36,849 nucleotides of DNA from a virus (lineage: Duplodnaviria > Caudoviricetes), in IMG/VR virus record IMGVR_UViG_3300025841_000012, positions 1-36,849 of that record; one strand, written 5' to 3'. Position numbers and translations under genes: made by a program. A model generated the notes under the pieces. It saw only the letters and a list, made by a program, of their open reading frames with translations. It was not told the origin of the DNA and searched no databases. Shown one piece after another: positions 1-8,900 of this stretch; positions within the stretch are counted from its first letter, which is position 1, and every line of letters starts with the position of its first letter.

Positions 1-2900
1 GCTTTAGTTGCATCGTTTAGCCGCTTCATCGCCAGCGTAATCCTATCTTCAATCACCGCAATCTGTTCTCTGGTAGCGTTATTTTCAATCAATATCTTCT
101 TCTGTTTGCGCAAATTTTTGATAATTGTCTCGGTGAACTTTGCGCGACCAATCAGTTTATATTCAGGGTTATCTGCCATAAATTCATCAACTGGAAGATG
201 ATCTTGCATTCTGCCCTTTAACCCGTTTTCGGCCTCATTGATGCGCATGATGTTCGCGTAATATCTTCCTCCTTGGCTTGATTGATCTTCTGCATTACCA
301 TAAAATCTACCAACCAACGGAATTTTGTACGATGGCAAGTGTTCTCCTGTTACCACCGATTCAGCGCCTTGGAATGCCTTAGAAATTTCACGCCCTACAC
401 CGCCCGTTGCTTGACTTGTCAGGTAATCAATCGAATCAGCAGTTGGGCTGAATACGCCGACCTTGTAATCATCACCGCCCGATACTGTATTGATTGCTTC
501 AGCAAGGAACTTAGACCAAAGTGATGCGGTGTTTTTATTACGGGTAAAGCCAGGTGTTGGATCAAGCGAATTGAAATCAGGCTTATAAATCGTTTTGCCT
601 GTCCAATCCTTGTTTTCTGCCAGTGCCGCAAAAGGATCAAGCGCGGTAGGCGCGAGCGTTTGCATCGAGATACCGGAACTACCAATCGGATTAAAAGCAT
701 CTGCGAATACAGCGAATAACTGTGTCAGTCTGTCTCCTGGACGGTCGAATCCACTCAAAGTAAATTCCGTCAGAATGCGTCCGATATTAGGTATCGCATG
801 GAAGCCAAGCGGCATCGGTAAAGTCAAGTATTTCCCGTCGCCTATCGGCAGGATCAAGCTGCGCTCACGAATAAATTGCGGCGGCTGGTCATCATCGAAT
901 CCGGCAGCGGCCAGCATCAAGGCTTGCATCACGCCTAATGTGATTCCTCCTATGATGATATTCTTACCTGCGCCACTCAGGCGCAAGGTTTTAATGTCGC
1001 CACCTTCCATTTTAAAGAGTGTTTCACCGATACGCGCTGTACCTTGCGCAGCGGCATTAAAGAAGGCATACAGCGAGCCAGCTTGTTGTCCGATTTCACC
1101 TTTACGATTGAAATTGACGGTGATATTTTTGGCAAGGCTTGCGGCTTCGCTCTTGCTCATGCCGTTATCGCGCGCTACCTTATACGCGGCAAGTCGTGTT
1201 GCGCCTTCCGCTGTTTGATTGTAGTCAGATAACCAATTGAACAACCAAGCGGCTTTATTCTGCGCGATTGACATTGGAACTTTAAGCATTCCGCCTGCGG
1301 TGAATATCTTTCCTAATTGACTATCCTGCCATGCGTGAGGGTCAAGAGCGTGCTTAATAGCATTTGCCCTGTCCTCGCTATTGGCGTACAAATCGCGGTA
1401 GCTTGTCATACCGCCCTCATTCTGCAACTCTTCCCATAAAACTGCCCACTTAGACGTAGCGGCATGTCCTTTGCGTTCTGCGCGCATATCGGTATAAATT
1501 CCAATCAGAGCCGAAGGAATGTTTTTCAGCACATCGACGCGCTTATTGGCTATTGGTGTTGAGGAAAGGTTCAGCAGTAAGCCTTGCGTATCACGCACAA
1601 AATTGGTTAAGCCGAATACAGGGTTATATTGCGTGTTGATCGAGGCAAAATAACGGGTAATCTTGGCGGACGCGCTTAGTAATTCGCCTAAATGGATCGC
1701 GTCCAGATTTTTGATTGCCACTGCCATGCGAATAGCCCGGTCATTATGCTTATTGAAGATAATGGCGCGTTCAACGACATTACCTTGGCTGTCAACAACC
1801 TTTGCCACCACCACGTTTTCATGGTTCTTGAACGTCGGGTCAATACGTTCTTCAATCAGCCCAGTACGCTCATTAAGTACCCGTTCTTTTGGAATGTCAC
1901 CGACCGACCAGAATTCTTCGTTTGGATTTTGTTCAGCAAGACCTACCAGCGCAGCCGCTACACGGTTTTTCTCGCCGCGAACGATAGCCTTTTCCCGTTG
2001 CATGGCAACGTTCGCCAGAATATCAATCACCTTAGCAGTCGATCCGGTGCGGTGTTTAACCTCCTTGCCTTTGATTGAGAAGCCCTGACCGATCCCCATG
2101 TAGCCGTCGTGATCCTCACGCATCAGCGGAACATAATATCTAAACATTTCAGCCCATGAATCAACCTGATCTTTCGGCACAAGGCTATAATCAACATACA
2201 GGTCACGGGTTTTTGCGATAATTGCATCAACCTTTTGCGCGGCGGTGTTGAGTTTGTTCTTTTGCGCTATCGGCAAGGCTTTCATATATTCAGCAGCCTG
2301 ACGGTTGCTCATGCCAGACAAGGCAGTATTGTCGCCTACAAATGGTGTGACATAGCCCAGTTCGCGCACTTGATAGACGGCATTTAGATATTCGTTTATG
2401 TCCGTGCTGGATTTCTTCAGTTTAGCCAGTCTGCCTTCAAGGATGCTAACTAATGAATCATCAGCCTCACCGACCAGCACATCAGATTTGGCACGTAATA
2501 GCCTTGCGCGCACATCAAGGTACTTGGTAACATCAGCATTGTTGAACAGACTGTCGCGCTGCGCAGAATACTTTGCGATCAGTGCGTCAAGTTCAACCTT
2601 GGTTGGATTGCGGCTTTGCGCGAGGGCATTGGCTTCCGGCGCATGGCGTGCGTGCAGGTACTCGTCAAGGCTATCAGAACTCAGCCCATCCTTCTGCATC
2701 TGCTCCAGCATTGGGTTGAGTTCCGTCAGTATAAAATCTTGAGTGCGTTTCGATGCCCTGCCGTGAAATAATTCTTCACGCAGATAAGCATTCACGTTCT
2801 CCGTGACTTTTATGCCGGTTGATTTGATAGCTTCGATGACGCGCTTCATGTCAACGTGTTTGTCATGGAGCTTGTAATCAAGATTGTCGAACATTGAAGG
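1..2900 (-). other. C-terminal LPD38-like region of the giant protein (domain, boundaries approximate)
   Basis: Motifs YLHARHAPEAN, YYVPLMRE, TQYNPVFGLTNFVRD, TRLAAYK, ITVNFNRKG, LYAFFNAAAQG, YLTLPMPLGF and ENKDWTGKTI are characteristic of the C-terminal module of phage large polyvalent proteins (recognised from memory). Confidence 0.7.
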
Positions 2901-5900
2901 CTTTATGGAATCCCATGTTGCACGGCTGTGCGGCTGCCCGCCTTCCAATCCGAGATTATTCTGGAGCGGAGGTTGATCGTGTGGCTTGGCTGTGCCAGGG
3001 ATGGATGATTGCGCTGGGGCGGCAATCTCTTCCCTATCATCCAAATACGCTTCAATCTCGCTAAATTTATCTTCCGTAGACTGCGTTGTTCTTAAATCAA
3101 TATCCGCTTGCTCATAATGCAACGGGAGATTATGGTCCGATATTCTGATCTTCGTTCCACTTGGATTGTGGATGATGTATTCTGACTTGCTTTGCGTTGA
3201 ATGTGCAAACGAAAAAACATCGCCAAACCTTTCTTCCAACTTGCCGATAAGAGAGTTTTTATATGCTGAATTTTTTGCTCTAGCAATAGCATTATCGCTG
3301 CGCTCCAGATGCGAAAGCGAACTGGTGATTAAATCGGTCAAATCAGATGATATAGCAAAGAAACTGTTCCTGTTTCCTCCCCATGGTGGCAAATACGTTA
3401 ACTGGTATCTTCCGTCTGGCAGCACTCCAACTGTCATATAATAATTGTCCACCACCATAAAACCATTAAGCATTTCATGCTTATGTTTATTGATTTCACC
3501 AAAAACCGTATCTAATGGAACCGTCTTTTTCGTCCATTTGAAAAACTCTGTTTTTCCTGTCCGTTTGCGGCTTGCCAGCGCCCCTTGTGACACGCCAGCC
3601 GCGTCATATCCTTCGATAATCTTGATTGGGTTTAACGCTCCATTGATCCGCTCTCCGCCATTAAAATATCGAATTTCGACTGGTAGTGTTTCCCAGCCTA
3701 GCCGTGCTGCGGCCATTATTCGGTGATTACCTTCGCTTATCCATGCTTTACCATCCTGGTCTACCTCAATATAAGGCACTTCTGGTTTGCCATTTTCCAA
3801 GGTTGGAAGTGATCCTGTTTCACCCATTCTCCTTAACAACCAATCCAAATCACCTTGACGCACTTTACCCTGCTCCCCGCGTAACCCTGGAAGCGATTGC
3901 AATGCTTTCAAAGGGACGCTTACTGGTGCAGTAAAGCGTCCTGTTACCGCGCCAAATCGCTTGTATGCGCCATACTCATTGCGCCCAGCATCGGTAGTAA
4001 TGGCTCTCTTTTCATTGAGCCAGTAATCACTTAGGATGTCAGATTTTAATGTCGGCTTTACATTGGTGGATGCCAGCGCCACTTGTGACACGGCGGGCGT
4101 GTCATATCCATGCGCTTTATTACCCTCTACCGCATCCTTCATCCGCCGGATCAGCCTGAGCACCCCTCCATCGCTTACCTCTGTAACTGGTCTGCCAGTC
4201 ACCCGGCTAATGAACTGGCGTACCGCGTCCACCACCCGCCCGATCATGCTCAGTAAGTTGCTGCGCATCACGATAGGCACTTTCACGCCGTAGCGCTCAA
4301 GTATGGCATCAACATTGCCGGTGATGGTGGCCGCCGCCAGTTCGGCTATTGCTTCATCGGTGTGCGTCATGGCGTTGAATGTCTCGCCGCGATCCATTGC
4401 AATTGCCTTGGCGAGCTTGGTCACAAAGCCATTCTTGGCCGCATAGCTCAGCGCACCCACTACCGGGCTACCCAACATCCTGATGCCACCGTGCCCTACG
4501 ACCTCATGCACCGCGACCCAGACACTGCGCTCCGGCGATGCGATGTTGTCAGCCACCAGATAGACGGTGTAAGTCTTGGGATCGTAGATACCCTCCGAAT
4601 GCTGGCCTATCGGCTTACCCACACGCAGCGCGCGCAGGTAAAGTTCGTTCGGGATTTCTTTGACCGACTGAACGATGATGACACGCTTGAATCCGTGCCA
4701 GCTTGCGCGCAGTTTGGCAGTGGCTTGTTTAATGGAATCGACGGTTTGCGGCGTTAGGTTTGCCTGCTCGGTTTTACTGAACCGCGTCATTCCGGTGCGG
4801 TCAATATGACTTGCACCAATCTCGCCAAAGTAAAGCGCGCCAGCTTCGCGGTAGGCTATCGGCATGGGAGTGTTGGAATTAACGAAGCCGCCTTTGGAAT
4901 CGGCGCGCTGAACAACCAGCGTTAATCCGTGTTCATTGGCGAATCTTTGGAATCGAGCAGGAACATTGACGCGAGCGGGGCCGGTGACGATGGCTTTGCC
5001 GTTTGCGTTGATAGTGAAGGTAATGCCTCGCTCTGCCGATTCGATACCAGCCGCAGCACGACGTAGTTCAACGAGCGTGGCTGCGTCAATAGGCAGGTTG
5101 CGAGTGGTGTTGGGTTGTACTTCATAGCTGTCACTCTGCGCTTTATTTGCTACGCTTGCAAGCGGCGCATCATCGCTATTCATTTCCTTGAGCGCTGTTC
5201 CATACCCAAGTTCTTCCAATACCTTCTTACGTTCAGCGATTTCGGCAGTAAACGCGGCGCGTTCTTCCACCGGAACCGCGTCGATTTGCGTAGACTTCAT
5301 CAGCCTGCGCTGCACGAGACCATGGTTTTGCTGTGCTGCAGCAAGGGCTGCTATACCATCGAACGGTTTATCTATACGCGCCTCGATGCTGGCGATGTCC
5401 TTCTTCGCCAACTCAAGATCAAGCTGAACCCGCTCTTTACGCTGCGCTAGGCTATCGATGTAGTTGGCAAAGCGCGTCAGCATTCCGCTTGGCGAGATTA
5501 CATCCTTCGCACCGTATGACGCAACCGTTCCGATACTGGACTCAATCTCCACAAGACCTGCCGCCCACATAGCTTTAAGCGTGAACTTCACGCCGCGATA
5601 GTAAATATCCTTGGACTTGGTAAAGCCGGTGCGCACCATCGTTACCGCTTCAGCGATCTTCGTTTCAGCTTTTTCCTTGTCAGTTATGGTTTTCCCGTCA
5701 ATAACTACAGGCACAACCTTTCCTTTTTCTATTGTTACCGGGATTGCTCTTGCCGCAGCCATTTGAGTTTCAATCGCTTGGATGCGAGCAGGAAGCCACT
5801 CGGACACACGATTGCGCTCATGGCTCAATTTGCGCTGCATCGCGTACTTGCCGTCACTGTATGCTTTCTGCAAGGCGGTCAGGCGCTTAACCTCAGTATG

Positions 5901-8900
5901 CATCTTGGTTTCTTCCAGAATTAGCGGATTGCCGGATGCCGCCGCCTTCATGTCAGCGGAATTCGCCGCCTCTCCGGCTACGTCCTCTATCTCGATCTGC
6001 CCACTGTACTTGCGCAACTGCTCGATGCCGGAGGCTTTATGCTCCAGCAACTGCCAGCGGCGCGTGTCGTAGGTCTGCTCGGTTGCATAGCGCCCGATGA
6101 ACACCTCGAAGCCGTCAGGATCGCGCGCGTAGAGCATATTACCTTGGCGAATGATGCGGCCTTCGCGCTGCTCAAGGTCGGATGGCCGCCATGGTGCGTC
6201 AATATGGTGCAGTCCTACCAGACGTTCCTGCACGTTGGTTCCGGCTCCAAGTTTAGGTGTGGAGCCAAATAGGAAGCGCACATCGCCACGGTTCACGCTC
6301 TTGAATAGAGACTGTTTCTTGGCCGGGGTGTCGTAGTCGTGAATGAAGGCGATCTGGTTTTCAGGCACGCCGCGCGCTACTAGCTTTCCCTTGATGTCGT
6401 CATAAACAGAGAACTGGCTGTCACCTGATACACCTTCAATATCTTCCATGCCGACTTCGTTGCTGCCATCTTCAGCAAGTTCCAGATCGTTTTCTGCGCG
6501 GTACTCCGCCATACGTTCGGCGGTGATCGGTTCTTTCGATTCGCGCGCCTCATACCACTTGTCGCGGTTGGCATCCTTACTTAAGAGGTCAGCTAACCAA
6601 TCTTTCGCCTCGCCCTTGTTCGCCATGTCGCCTTTGATACGCAAACCTGTGACGGGATCGTAAATAGAGATTGAAGGCGAGCCGCGATCAATGGTGCGCA
6701 CCAGATAGAATGGGAAGCCCTCAAAGCCTTTTATGGTATGCAGTGTGCCGTTCTTGTGCGTCAACATCCCTTGGTCGTCCAACACGAACAATCTGCGGTC
6801 TTTGTTCCCCAGCGCGCTACGTGCCGACAGCGGAATGGAGGTGTCGCAGAAAACAAGCTGCGTTCCTTTATCCTTGCTCCACTTCTGGTACACGTCCATC
6901 ATCTTGTCAACAGCCTTGTTGATCTTGCTGCCCGCGAAATCTTCGGCGTTCGGGTTAATGATGCGCATATCCAGCCCGGCCTTGCTTGCCAGGCTGGTCA
7001 ACGACAAGGCGTTTATCTTGCCTTTTGTCTCGCGCGTCAGTTGCGCAAGGTTGCTAAACTGCCCAAGCAGGGAATCTGGGTCGAGGTAGAGTACCGGGGT
7101 GAGGGATTTCTCCACCAGCGCCAGCTCCGCATCTTCCTTGGTGTCATATGAGTTGGATGTATGCCCGTCGCTCAATATCCACTTGGCATCATTGCTCTGC
7201 TCGATCTTCGCCTTTGTTGCATCCATAGCGAACAACACCTTGCCGCTCTCGTCGCGCCGCACGGTCGGTGCGCCAAAGAAGTCGCGCTGTGCCGTGGAGC
7301 GTTGCGCCACGATGTTTTCCGGCTTTCCGCTGGCAATCTTCGGCACCGGGAATACTTTGCCCGCTTCCTTGGCCTGATCCTTCAGGTCTTGCAGCGTCAC
7401 GGTATCAGCAAAGGTGTGGTAGTGCGCCATCAGCGACGGCAGGTTCTTGAACTTCGAGAAGCGCTGGCTGATTCTGTATCCCACGCCGCTTGGCGCGACT
7501 TCGTACAGGCTTTCCACGTCGCCGTACATGCGCGCCCATGAATCGAACAGGTGCAACCCGTCGCGCTTCATTTCGTCGTATTTCATGTAGCGCTGCATGG
7601 TGAACATTTCTGACAGCGAATTCGATACTGGCGTTCCAGTGGCCGTAATGAACGGAACTTTCTCGCCGTAGGTCTTGGTCAGCCATCGCACCTTGGCGAA
7701 CAAGTCGAATGCCTTACCCGATCCTTTGGGATTACCAAGCCCAGACACGCGCTGCATCTGCGTCGAAAAAAACAGGTTTTTGAATTCGTGCATTTCGTCC
7801 ACAAACAGGCCATCAATGCCAAGTTCGTCGAATGTCACCACTTTGTCGCGCTCTCCGGCTAGTAAGGCCAGCTTCTCTACCTTCGCTTCCAGATTTGCCC
7901 TGATCTTCTCCATATCGCGCACGATGCCACGGTCACCACGTTCGCTCTTTATCGCCTCGATTGCGTTAGTTATCTCGTCGATCTGCTCTTTGTAGATGTC
8001 CTTTTCTATTGTTGGGTCGAGGCCGATCTTTGTCAGCGAGGAATGGCCGATAATCACCGCGTCATATTCGCCCAAGGCAATCTTGGAGAACATGCGCTGG
8101 CGGTTCGCCTTACTGAAATCTTCTGGATTGGCAGCCAGCACGTTCGCTGCCGGGTACATGCGCGCGAATTCACTACGCCATTGCGTAGTCAGATGGTTGG
8201 GTACCACCAGGATAGGCTTGCGCGCAATGCCCAGGCGCTTGTATTCCATGATGATAGCGGTACCCACAAAGGTTTTACCGGCACCGACCGCGTGATCCAG
8301 CAGCAGGTTGCGGTCTTGAATTCCTCGCCATACCGCAGACTTCTGGTGTTTGCGCAGGACGATGGCCGGGTTGGAGCCGTGCAGCACCAGATGATCACCG
8401 TTATATTTCCGGTTCACTGTGCGGTTGTGCTTCTCGTTGAACAGCTCGGCCAACTTCTCGGCGCGCACGCCGTCGTTCCATACCCAAGATTCCCAAGCCT
8501 GCTTGATCTTGTTGACCTTCTCGCGTGCCGCCTCGGTGGCTTCGGTGTCCGTCACAAACACCTCTTTGCCGTCGCGCACCGTTTTCATCTTCACTTCTGG
8601 AGCCTTGCCGTTCATCATCAACTTCAGCAGATCGAACGATGTCAGGTCTTTGGTGCCGTAGTCGTTACTCATCTTGCCAACATCGCCGCTGTCATTGATG
8701 TGACCAAGCCATTGTGCGGTTGCCGCCAGATAAGTCAGGTCTATCTTGGATGAGCCGGTGATTTCGGTGGCGAATTGCTTGAAGATGTCCGCCGGAATCC
8801 ACCCTGCACCAAGCGAAGCGTAAATCTCGCTTGGTAGTTTGTCGGATGGGATAACTTTTTCCAGAGCTATCACGTTGCGGCTGTAGGCGTGATTCTCGTC

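Noticed and set aside
3092-3292. Minus-strand 66-aa alternative-frame ORF (similarly 419-700, 5987-6202, 6380-6574, 7405-7686, 8189-8398, 9310-9495, 10490-10708)
   Set aside because: They overlap conserved domains of the giant frame; no convincing RBS or promoter was seen and the products do not look protein-like.
6692-6703. Perfect 12-bp palindrome TGGTGCGCACCA
   Set aside because: Isolated, inside coding sequence, with no adjacent promoter or ORF start; expected by chance in 37 kb.
6414-6830. Intein in the helicase
   Set aside because: No intein N- or C-terminal splice motifs and no homing endonuclease signature.
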